Part shown: in pieces, positions 30,926 to 39,898 of the stretch | Position numbering within the stretch: position 1 is the first letter of the stretch | Layout: every line of letters begins with the position of its first letter | Assembly (NCBI GenBank): GCA_963733095.1 | Contig: CAVTBV010000012.1 | Coordinates: 160,001 to 224,000 of the forward strand | Reading direction: 5' to 3' | From: Candidatus Bathyarchaeota archaeon | GTDB taxonomy: Archaea; Thermoproteota; Bathyarchaeia; Bathyarchaeales; Bathycorpusculaceae | Length of the DNA stretch: 64,000 bases | The notes under the pieces: generated by a model | What the model was told of the DNA's origin: nothing | What the model saw: only the letters and a program-made list of their open reading frames with translations | Database searches by the model: none | Translations under genes and position numbers: made by a program

Positions 30926-31375
30926 ATGGTTAAGATCAAAATAGGTGACAAAGCGCCTGACTTTACTCTCAAAGCAAATACAGGCCAGGACATCACTTTG
31001 TCACAGTTTTTTGGAAAAAAGAACATAGTCATTTTCTTTTATCCAAGAGATGAAGGACCCACATGCGTCAAAGAAGCACAGGCATTCAGAAACAACTATG
31101 AAACATTCAAGAAAAAAGATGCAGAAGTAATTGGAGTAAGTGCCCAAAGCGTGGAATCGCACGAGAAATTTGCCCATCACCATAATCTTCAATACCTCTT
31201 GTTGAGCGACGAAGATAACCGCATTCGAAAGTTATACGGGGTTGCATCTACGCTGGGCGTCCCTGGAAGGGCAACTTTCGTTATCGATAAAAAAGACATA
31301 ATTAAGCATGTTTTCGTTTCGCAGATTCAATTTACCAAGCACGCAAATGAAGCGTTAGGTGCATTGAGGGAGTAG
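30926..31375 (+). CDS. bcp: Peroxiredoxin BCP/PrxQ (1-Cys)
   Basis: GDKAPDF.L, FYPRD..PTCVKEA..FR, R.TFVID. Confidence 0.93.
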   Translation: MVKIKIGDKAPDFTLKANTGQDITLSQFFGKKNIVIFFYPRDEGPTCVKEAQAFRNNYETFKKKDAEVIGVSAQSVESHEKFAHHHNLQYLLLSDEDNRIRKLYGVASTLGVPGRATFVIDKKDIIKHVFVSQIQFTKHANEALGALRE

Positions 31376-31434
31376 CCGCCCTTTACTTGGTCTTGAGCGC
31401 TTTGAAAATAAAAAAATATCGGAGTGTTGGGTAT

Positions 31435-31526
31435 GCTGAGGCTCTGGCTTAAAGGAGAAAAGAGCAAATGCAAAAGCTCTTTTGAATACAGCTATTTCGT
31501 GAATTGATAGCCAGAACCTACTCAGC
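31435..31526 (-). repeat. Conserved structured element, copy 2
   Basis: Same arms and inner hairpin as copies 1 and 3; 64 nt from the propeller stop codon. Confidence 0.85.
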
Positions 31527-31589
31527 CCCAACTCTTCACCGATGCAATTCAAGACTAAAAAAGGGGAAAGATAATTTTGTTGCATTTTC

Positions 31590-34124
31590 TTATTGTTTCT
31601 TTCGCAGCATCAATAATGCAAGTACAAAGCCAATTGCAACGATTGCAGCAAATAGACCTGCAATTGCTGGAACGAAGTATTGGTCAGCCGTTGATTTCAC
31701 GGCGATTGGTGATGGAGTTGCGGTTGGCGCGGCTGGATCGACTGCGAATGCGGTTTCTGCTTGGGATGGCCAGTATGATTCGCTGCCGCCGAATCTCGCG
31801 TAGACGGTGTATTTACCGTCGATGTCGGGTTTCCATTGGAGACTGTAGAACCCTGCTGCGTCGGTTGTGGTTGTGCCGATTTCGCGGAAGTTACCGTTAG
31901 AGTCAAGGACACTTATAGTAACTAAGACGCCTGTGGCGTTATTGGGTTTTGGCTGTTGCATGTAGACGTATTCCATCCATGCACTTTGGCTTTCGTCGGA
32001 GACTGCAGGAACTCCATCAGGGAAACGAGCTGATCTGTCGTTGTCTTTGGTGCCTTGGGATTCATCGAAGACTGTGCCGGTGATTAGGACGCTTTCTCCG
32101 AATGTAACTACGTTCTGTTGGACATTGGCTTCTGTTGATGTGGGACCTTTGCCGAATGTGTAGATTTGACTGTCATAGTTGTTGTAGCTTACCATGTAGC
32201 CGTCTGCAACTGCTCCTGGTTCGCGTCCGTCAAAGCTTAGGACACTCCAGACAAGTGATCCGTCACTGCAGTTTATGGCAAGTCTGTGGGCATTGGGGAA
32301 CAGTGGTGGGTCGTACATGCGAGCTTCAGATAGGAACAGCTTTCCGTCAGCTATGCTGTGTGATCCAAAGTGCCAGATTGGATAGATACCGTAAGGAGTA
32401 TCGTACCCGGCGCTTCTAGGTGTGTACGTCCAGTTGAGAACTGCTGTATTAAGTTCTATTGCATTTACGTAGCCTCCGAAATCCCAAATGTAGCATTTGC
32501 CGCAGGCGATTGCTCCGCCTCTCTCAAGGGTGCTTAAACCACTGCCCGGAAGCTGAATTGCTGAACCTACTTGTTTTCCTGTATCTAAATTGTAGACATA
32601 CGCAATGTTTGTGTCTTTGTCATGCTCTACGTAGTAGCCTTCACCAATAGCTAACACTGAGACCTCATGGAATCTTGGCAGTGTTCTATTCACTGGACCC
32701 CAGAGTAAGTCTCCTGTTCTTGCGTCGTAGCCAGCTTCAACACAATATCCTTCACCGAATTGCGTAGTAAAGGTTGAAAGCGCTGCAGGATATGAACGCA
32801 TTAGAATCACGTCGTTTGTTCTTCCAGCAATGCTTAGTCCTGGGCTAATTGTTTGGCCATTAAGTTCTGTGGGTATGGTTACGTTCCATTGTATGCCTCT
32901 GTTGTAGTCTATGTTGCCTGATGGTCGAATAGTAGCTGTTCCTCTAGGACCAACTAAGCACAGGGTTGAGTTCCACATCGTAAGGTAGCTGCCGCTACTG
33001 CTGTGTATGTATACTGTTCCTTGTGGGCTGTCATCGTTCGTTTCGACTAATCCTGAAGCGGTTGTGCTTGGTACATTGGTGATGTTGGCGATGAAATAGC
33101 CGGTCATTGGGTCGTAAAGATGCCATATGTTAGTTGCGGGACCATATGAGAACATTCCGCTTGAGTTATAACTTGCAACTAGCCATGCTTGAGTGCCGTA
33201 TTCTTGTATCGTATGGAATTGCAGAACCATCCCAAAGTCTAATGTGTCACTAGTCTGTTTGGTCCATAATGTTTCGCCAGTCCGTAAATCTACAGCTGCC
33301 CAACCAGGGGTTTCAGTGCTGGTTTCAGTGGTAGGGGTATTGGGGTACAGTTTGTAATAGATTATTCCGTTGAGGATAATTGGCTCGAATTGTCTGTAGA
33401 GGATTGAGGTTGATGTGTATTGGCTCTCTTGATCGCCGCTAACTGGTAGACCTGGCTGACCTCCGAATGCTGTCGGTTTAACCCACATTATGTGGGCTGA
33501 GTTTGGTGCTTGGCTATAGGGGTTAAAGTTATTGCCAGTTGCATCGTAACCGCCAGTGTCGGTAAATGAGGGCTTATATAGACCCCACCAGTTGCCGCCA
33601 ATTTGTGCCCAGCCATAGTTTGTTGCGTAGATGGGGCGTGACCAGTACTCGGTTGGGAGGGGAGGACTAGAGTATGTTGATATTGGATCTTGTTGCACTG
33701 TAAAGTAGTCTGGCTCACTCATGGCCGGAAGTATGTAGTCACCTGTGGTAATGGTTTGACCAGGGTAGAATGCTTGTACGGTGTAATTTCCGGTTTCTGT
33801 GGGCACGAATTCGATTCCACCCACACCACCTGTTGTGTCTGCTGTGTATGGTCCGAAAGTTTGATTGGTTCCGTCTGGCTTAACGAGGTTTACTGTTAAG
33901 TCTTCGTAGAATTGACCTCTAGCGTTCGGTATAGGTTTAGTGAAGAATAGGCTAATGAATTCTGTTTGACCTACTCCCACTGGGCTAGGTTCTGCAGGTA
34001 CCTTAAGGTAGACAGGTATGTCAAGTGCTGCTTTAACGGGTGTAATTTCAAAAGTCGCTATCGTCATTGGAACTAATAGTAGCGTTAGGAGAATTACCGA
34101 AAATAAAGTCTATGTTTTTCGCAT
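31590..34124 (-). CDS. PQQ-like beta-propeller surface protein, paralog 2; in-frame TAG at codon 5 (possible pseudogene)
   Basis: ATG CGA AAA ACA TAG ACT TTA TTT... continues in frame into the ORF-track product (31590..34067); repeats AVDLRTGETLW, YDARTGDLLW, INCSDGSLVW; C-terminal TM plus RKKQ. Confidence 0.82.
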
Positions 34125-34412
34125 TTTTTCTTCATCCTTTTAATGTTTGGGCAGAAACATAATGTGTATCAATTAACATCGTGCCTTGCCCAAGGGATGA
34201 ATGTGTTGTTTTATGACATATATGATTGAGTGGCAAGTAGACCCTGATTACTAAAAAAGTTAAGCTTTTTAATTAAAAATCTTAATCTTTTTAGTTAAAG
34301 AGGTTTCATAATATTAAACGAAAATAATCGGATCACTAATAGTTATGAATTAGCTATATGCCTGTAATAATTCATAAACAAAAAAGAAAAAGAGATTTTT
34401 AGCCACTTTCAA

Positions 34413-34765
34413 TTATGGCCGTTTTCTTAGCATGAGCGCCGCCGGTATTGCATTGATTATGATTATGATTACCATTGCAGTGATCTCGAAGTCTATGATG
34501 TTCGATTGTGTCAATGCTAAATCAACGGGAGCGGGGGTAGTACCGTCGTTACTGTCGGCATAACATTGAAACCATCTTAGCTTTGGATGGCCAATAACCA
34601 TTGGTACTAGCGAAAGTGGCTATAAAAACAAAATCACTTGGAATGGTCTGTGTCCATGTAGCCTATACGTGCCGCTTTCATCAGTCATGGCAGCAATATC
34701 GTAACAGTTGTCATTTGAGTCAGTTACAGCTATCGTAACTGGAACTCCCGTAAAGTTAGAGGTTT
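34413..34765 (-). pseudogene. Degraded 3' fragment of a fourth beta-propeller paralog
   Basis: Frameshifted pieces NFTGVPVTIAVTDSN, TDESGTY, GYWPS and terminal LMLRKRP match the paralog C-termini. Confidence 0.75.
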
Positions 34766-34938
34766 AACTCTCGTTACCGAGCAGTTCGAAAATAAACAAT
34801 TTAACTTAATTGACCTTCAAACTATTGTTATAGTCTATCGAAAAACTAACAAAACTTTTCAACAGTCCACTCCCTGCTTTCCAAGCAACTTCAGCGAAGC
34901 TTTATTTAATAATTATTGCTATCTTGTCCTGAAACAAA

Positions 34939-35415
34939 ATGGGCAATATCGCAAAAATTGATGACATAGATGATAGAATTCTGCATATCCTAATACAAGA
35001 CGCTCGAACAAGCTTGAAGCAAATCGCCAAACAATGCGGCATATCATCAGTATCTGTTTTAAACAGAATAAAACGATTAAAAAAACTTGGCGTAATCATG
35101 GGCGCAAGCCTATTTCCCTCGCTAAACGAGCTGGGATATCAAATTGTTGCCACAATCGGCATGGAGACCAACGCTGACCCAGACGAAATCCTGAAAATAC
35201 TCGATTCCTATACAACCCTAGTAGAGCCTGCTGCCAGCATAGGGGAATATGACTTATGTGCTTTAGTATACGCTGAAAACCTTTCTTGTCTAAATGAAAA
35301 GTTGGATGCAATAAAAAGACGCTATCAAATAAAAAAAGTTACAGTCAACGTATGGTCAGGTATTCCGCATATTAATTTTAAGAATATCGAATTGCAGCCT
35401 CTCAAAGAGGAGTAA
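34939..35415 (+). CDS. Lrp/AsnC family transcriptional regulator
   Basis: IDDIDDRILHILIQDARTSLKQIAKQCGIS..SV.NRIKRL...GVI; RAM domain GEYDL. Confidence 0.93.
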   Translation: MGNIAKIDDIDDRILHILIQDARTSLKQIAKQCGISSVSVLNRIKRLKKLGVIMGASLFPSLNELGYQIVATIGMETNADPDEILKILDSYTTLVEPAASIGEYDLCALVYAENLSCLNEKLDAIKRRYQIKKVTVNVWSGIPHINFKNIELQPLKEE

Positions 35416-35417
35416 CC

Positions 35418-35900
35418 ATGGATAGACTCGATTATCTTATTCTCGGCGAATTGTTCAATGACGCAACGCTCTCATTCGTTGAAATTGCAAAAAGAATAGA
35501 TACATCAGCCTATACCGTGCGAAGAAGATACGAACAAATGAAGAAAGAGGGAAAAATTTTCAGAAGCATAGTCTCAATTAATTTGGCAAAGCTGGGATAC
35601 CAGGGCAAAGCTTTTCTATTTATTACAGTCGGTCCAAACGCTAACAAATCTGAGACGATTTCATACCTCAAAACTATAAAAAACGTCATTGTGGTGAGTG
35701 AATTAATTGGTCCCTATGAAATTTTGGCGATAGCACCAATTATTGATTTGAAAAGTATCCAGACCCTTATTAAAGAGGTAAGAAAAGCGCCCTGCATACA
35801 GCAAGTAAGAGCTGCCTTCATCAACGATACCTATTTTCCTATCAACCCAAACTTTAATGCCCTCTTGAGCAAAAAAAGCAAACTCGAACCAATTAAATAG
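35418..35900 (+). CDS. Lrp/AsnC family transcriptional regulator (tandem partner)
   Basis: MDRLDYLIL..L..DA..SF.EIAK......TVRRR...M...G; LGY; GPYE. Confidence 0.92.
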   Translation: MDRLDYLILGELFNDATLSFVEIAKRIDTSAYTVRRRYEQMKKEGKIFRSIVSINLAKLGYQGKAFLFITVGPNANKSETISYLKTIKNVIVVSELIGPYEILAIAPIIDLKSIQTLIKEVRKAPCIQQVRAAFINDTYFPINPNFNALLSKKSKLEPIK

Positions 35901-36001
35901 AACTCCGCTAACTAGTGAATCGGCTTTAAGCTTTTTTGACAAAATCTATATGTTAAAAGCGTCACACAATAAACTCCGGGTTTAAGGGGCATTGGGGGGC
36001 T

Positions 36002-36243
36002 ATGAAGAGCAAAGCAATGGCATGATTATCACGTTTACAGCACTAACCACTGCTCTAAACCTTATCAAAATTCCTGTGCCATACATGCCCACATTTAGCT
36101 TAGAATAGGCGACATCATCGTAGTCGTTGCCTTTCTGCTTTTCGGACCCAAACCTGAGATTACAGTTGCCTTACCGAGCACCATGATAACAATGATCATT
36201 CTCCCTGGACCCGCAGGGATTATAGGTTGTTTGTTCAGTGTTT
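36002..36243 (+). pseudogene. ECF-transporter S-component-like membrane gene, frameshifted and 3'-truncated
   Basis: Pieces MKSKAMA / IITFTALTTALNLIKIPVPYMPTFS / RIGDIIVVVAFLLFGPKP..TVA..IILPGPAGIIG; two frameshifts; ends at the repeat element. Confidence 0.6.
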
Positions 36244-36335
36244 ACTGAGGCTCTGGCTTAAAGGAGAAAAGAGCAAATGTAGGAGCTCTTTTGAATACAG
36301 CTATTTCGTGAATTGATGGCCAGAGCCTACTCAGC
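36244..36335 (-). repeat. Conserved structured element, copy 3
   Basis: ~93% identical to copy 2; 69 nt from the propeller stop codon. Confidence 0.85.
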
Positions 36336-36403
36336 CACATATTCTCATGATAGTGTTTTTCTTTAGGACTAAAAAAAGAGAAGGGAAGTTGTTGTTTAGT
36401 TTT

Positions 36404-39019
36404 TTAGGGTCGTTTGCGAAGCAGCAGAGCTGCAAGTAGTGCGCCGATTACGACGACTGCGACTATTGTGATTATAGACATTGGCAGGAAGTAGGTGTCA
36501 GCCATAGATGCTGGTTCTTTCGTTGGTGTTGGGGTGGTGGCAGCTTCGGGTAAAAGGAAGGTCATGTGAGTTTGTGCTGAGGAGGTAAAGTACGAGTTTG
36601 ATCCTTCGAATGTTGCTGTGATTTTGTAGGTTCCTGGTATGTCAGGTTTGAAGTTGAATGTGTATTGCCCGTTTGCATCCGAGGTAGTTGTTCCCATTAC
36701 GTAGAAGTTGTTGTTGGGGTCGACGTATGATAGCGTGACTTGAACACCTGTTGCGTTTGTCGGCTTTGGTGATTGCATGTAGAGGTATTCCATCCATGGA
36801 CTCATGTATTGGTCGTCTATTGCGGGTGTTCCGGCAGCAGGTATGCCTAAGCAGGTTTGGCCTGGAGATTGATCGGTGACGGTGCCGCTAATCTGTACTT
36901 CGGTGTTACTGTTTATGACAGGGTTCGTTGTCACTGTTGTCGCGGTTTGACCTTTGCCATAGCAGTAAATTTGGTTGTCGTAGGCGTTGAATGATAGCAT
37001 GTAGCCGTAAGTTACTGGTAGGCTTGAGCCGCTGGCAAAGTTCAATATGTCCCAGATTGGTTCGCCTGTTGTTGCGTTTAGAGCGTAGATTTTTGCTCCA
37101 CTGAATAGTGGTGGTCCGTAGTCGTGGCCTGTTTCAACGTAGAATACTCCGTCTGCAACAGTTGCCTCGTAGTTACCGATGATCCATAGGGGGTTGACAC
37201 CATATGGAGTGTTCAATCCAGTGTCTCCTGTACTCCAGTTCCAGATTTTTTCGCCAGTTGTCATGTCAAGGCAGACAACTTCTCCACCGAATGACCATGA
37301 GTAGAGTTTGCCGTATGCGGCTATTGCGCTTGTTTGGTCATAGTAGGCTAGTGGGTTGCTGAAAGCTGTAACTGGACCCCATACTTTTTGTCCGGTTGTT
37401 GTGCTATATCCACTGAAACTAAATAGCTCTTTAGTGTATTCAACGAAGGTACCGTTGGAGGCTCCAGGAATCACCATTGAAGCAGCGAATGGTATTTGTG
37501 TGGTGTTCATTAGCCAGAGTTGCTGTCCCTTGTTGCAGTCTATTGCGACTTTCATGATCCATCCGGGATTCCATCCATAATTAGCATACATGCCTGTACT
37601 TGCACCCAAGATCATGATGTTGCTGTCTGGGTCCCACGTCGAGTGGCCTGCGTCATCAAATATCCAGCTTGGGATTGGGTCACCAGTTGAGGTTTGGTTT
37701 GGTAGTAAAACTGACCACATAATGCCTGTGTTGTATTGGTAGTTTCCGTTTTGTTGGAAGTTGAAGAATTGGCTGTCGGTTGGGTTTACGCAGTGGCTAG
37801 AGTTCCATAGAGTCAAGGATTGTCTGGTTACACCGTCAATTCTTGAGGAGTTTAAGTAGAGTTGCAGTAAGCTACCGTCTTCGCCTTGGAAGTTTTGTCT
37901 TCCGAATGATCCTCCACCTCCTCCGCCAGTAACAGTAAATAGATAGTTACCAGTCGCTGAATCGAAACAGTCAAGGTAGTTTGGAGATCTTGTTGCCCAC
38001 AGGTAAGCTTGACCGCCGTAGGTGTTCATTGTCTTATATTCGTATATTTGTCCACATAGCAGTATGTCTTGTGAGCCATTCGAGAAGTAGTTGTTATAGT
38101 TCTGGGTCCAGATGGTTTCGCCTGTTCTCAAGTCCTTAGCGACAAAGCCCTGATCTAATGAGTTGTAGTTTGGCTTTGCATTGTAGTAGAGTATGCCATT
38201 CATAATGATTGGAGCAAATTTAGGTTGGTATTGGAAGCCTGAGTAGTAGTTGCTTTGTGCGTCGCCTCCGAATTCTCCGCCCATTTGACCTCCGGGAGAG
38301 CCAGGGACAAGCGGTTGTGACCAAACTACGTGGCCGGTTAATGGTGCTTCGGTGTAGGGGTTAAAGTTGCCTGCGAAGTTGTAGTTTCCTGTATTTGCAA
38401 ATTCAACTGCTCCAAGTCCAAGCCAGTTACCTGAGATTGATGACCATTGGTGGTTAAAAGCTTGTACTGGGTTTTGCCAGTAGTCTGTTGGAAGTGGATT
38501 CTCGGGAATCATTGCAATTGGTTCGTTGGCTACTTTAAAGTATTCTGTGCTGCTGGTAGAGGCACCATAAACATCGCCAACTGCTGAGTTAACAAATGGG
38601 AAGCCATCGTTCCCAAGAGAACCCGTAAGTGTTTCACCTGGGAAATTCATGACTGCAGAGTAGTCGCCTAGTTTGGTTGGTGTGTAGGTAGCGGTGTAAC
38701 CTCCTGCGTCGTCAGATTTGAAAGGCCCTAGAGTTGTCACAACTCCGTCCGGATCAGTGATCTTGATTGTCATGCCAACCCATCTATCACCTAAGATGCC
38801 GTTTGCTGTTGGTGGAGGTTTGTCAACCCACATAACAAACAATACGTTTTGGCCAAGACCAATTTGGTCAGGGACAACCTGAAGATAGGCCCAAGTCGGA
38901 ATTGTGGTCCCGGGAAAGTTAGCAGCGTTTGCCTTTGGAAGTGCAATAACGGTCGCGATTGATAGTGTCAGCAGTATTGTTATTACAATAGCTGAAATTT
39001 TGTTTCTATTTTTTTGCAA
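36404..39019 (-). CDS. PQQ-like beta-propeller surface protein, paralog 3
   Basis: TTG start after GGAG; signal peptide ..ISAIVITILLTLSIATVIALPKANA; AKDLRTGETIW, CLDMTTGEKIW, ALNATTGEPIW; ADTYFLP-TM-RKRP. Confidence 0.88.
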   Translation of the reverse strand: MQKNRNKISAIVITILLTLSIATVIALPKANAANFPGTTIPTWAYLQVVPDQIGLGQNVLFVMWVDKPPPTANGILGDRWVGMTIKITDPDGVVTTLGPFKSDDAGGYTATYTPTKLGDYSAVMNFPGETLTGSLGNDGFPFVNSAVGDVYGASTSSTEYFKVANEPIAMIPENPLPTDYWQNPVQAFNHQWSSISGNWLGLGAVEFANTGNYNFAGNFNPYTEAPLTGHVVWSQPLVPGSPGGQMGGEFGGDAQSNYYSGFQYQPKFAPIIMNGILYYNAKPNYNSLDQGFVAKDLRTGETIWTQNYNNYFSNGSQDILLCGQIYEYKTMNTYGGQAYLWATRSPNYLDCFDSATGNYLFTVTGGGGGGSFGRQNFQGEDGSLLQLYLNSSRIDGVTRQSLTLWNSSHCVNPTDSQFFNFQQNGNYQYNTGIMWSVLLPNQTSTGDPIPSWIFDDAGHSTWDPDSNIMILGASTGMYANYGWNPGWIMKVAIDCNKGQQLWLMNTTQIPFAASMVIPGASNGTFVEYTKELFSFSGYSTTTGQKVWGPVTAFSNPLAYYDQTSAIAAYGKLYSWSFGGEVVCLDMTTGEKIWNWSTGDTGLNTPYGVNPLWIIGNYEATVADGVFYVETGHDYGPPLFSGAKIYALNATTGEPIWDILNFASGSSLPVTYGYMLSFNAYDNQIYCYGKGQTATTVTTNPVINSNTEVQISGTVTDQSPGQTCLGIPAAGTPAIDDQYMSPWMEYLYMQSPKPTNATGVQVTLSYVDPNNNFYVMGTTTSDANGQYTFNFKPDIPGTYKITATFEGSNSYFTSSAQTHMTFLLPEAATTPTPTKEPASMADTYFLPMSIITIVAVVVIGALLAALLLRKRP

Positions 39020-39490
39020 TTTTTTTCTTACTCCTTTTTTGGCAAAAAATAGCTTTGTTGCTTGATTTGCCAATAGTGTCTGTTTTCAACTAAATAACTA
39101 TAAATAACTTGCCGATAATGAAGGAATCAACTTTTTTTGTTAACATTTTATAATTTTTTAATTAATATAAGAGCATAAAAAAACACATCATGAAGTTAAT
39201 TACATTGATCCAAAATTTAAAAAGTGGAATTTTCCGAGTTTGCTGCCTTGAGCAGCAAAAGAAATCATAAAGTCACCCCTCACGCCGACATTTTACAGCA
39301 TTAATCAAAAATTTTTTGAACCCCAGCAACAGGCGATTTTGGTTAAATGGCTCTGATAGAATTTTAATGTATCAGCAGTCAGAATTACAAATTCATAAGC
39401 CTTTACTTGCTTTCACCCACCTTTAGCTTATCTAATCAAAAGGCACAGTCACGTCTAGTTAGGACACAGACTTAGGACGAAGTAAAAAAA

Positions 39491-39898
39491 ATGGGCAAAA
39501 GCAAATGCGAAAACAAATTCACCGCAAACATAATAGAGTCCATTGACGAGGCCTTTTTGACTTTAGGAAAAAACGCACGATCAACACTCTATTTCCATCT
39601 TGAGACTAAATTTGCAATTTCAAAACAAGATATTCCCAAAAGAGTTGATGATTTTTCAGATGCTCTCGAGCAAATCTTCGGGCTTGCCGCTACAAACCTT
39701 GAAATCTTGATCATGAAATTTCTGAACCAAAAAGTCAATTGTTCTTTTGATTGGGTTGGTCCAAAGTGGCTTTTACCAGATTTAACTTTTGCAAAATATG
39801 TCAAGTTACTGGAGTGTTGGTTTGAATCTTCCGAAAGAATTGATGAAGTAGAGGTGAGCGTAGATGCTGGAGAACGACAAGAACAAAAAAATCAATGA
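39491..39898 (+). CDS. Small archaeal signalling-associated protein (DUF3227-like)
   Basis: IDEA...LG......LY.HLE........IP.R...FS.ALE.IFG..A..LE pattern; overlaps the kinase start. Confidence 0.6.
   Translation: MGKSKCENKFTANIIESIDEAFLTLGKNARSTLYFHLETKFAISKQDIPKRVDDFSDALEQIFGLAATNLEILIMKFLNQKVNCSFDWVGPKWLLPDLTFAKYVKLLECWFESSERIDEVEVSVDAGERQEQKNQ

Noticed and set aside
31433-31507. Element read as a + strand peptide (MLRLWLKGEKSKCKSSFEYSYFVN*), with several synonymous or conservative changes between copies
   Set aside because: The start differs (ATG, TTG, TTA) and copy 1 has an indel removing the stop. The same changes fall in unpaired regions of the fold. Disfavoured but not fully excluded without more copies.
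31355-31585. 76-aa minus-strand ORF across element copy 2
   Set aside because: The equivalent frame is stopped in copy 1 and has no shared start in copy 3
15522-36335. The 35-nt identical core as a CRISPR repeat
   Set aside because: Copies are kilobases apart, with no spacers and no cas genes
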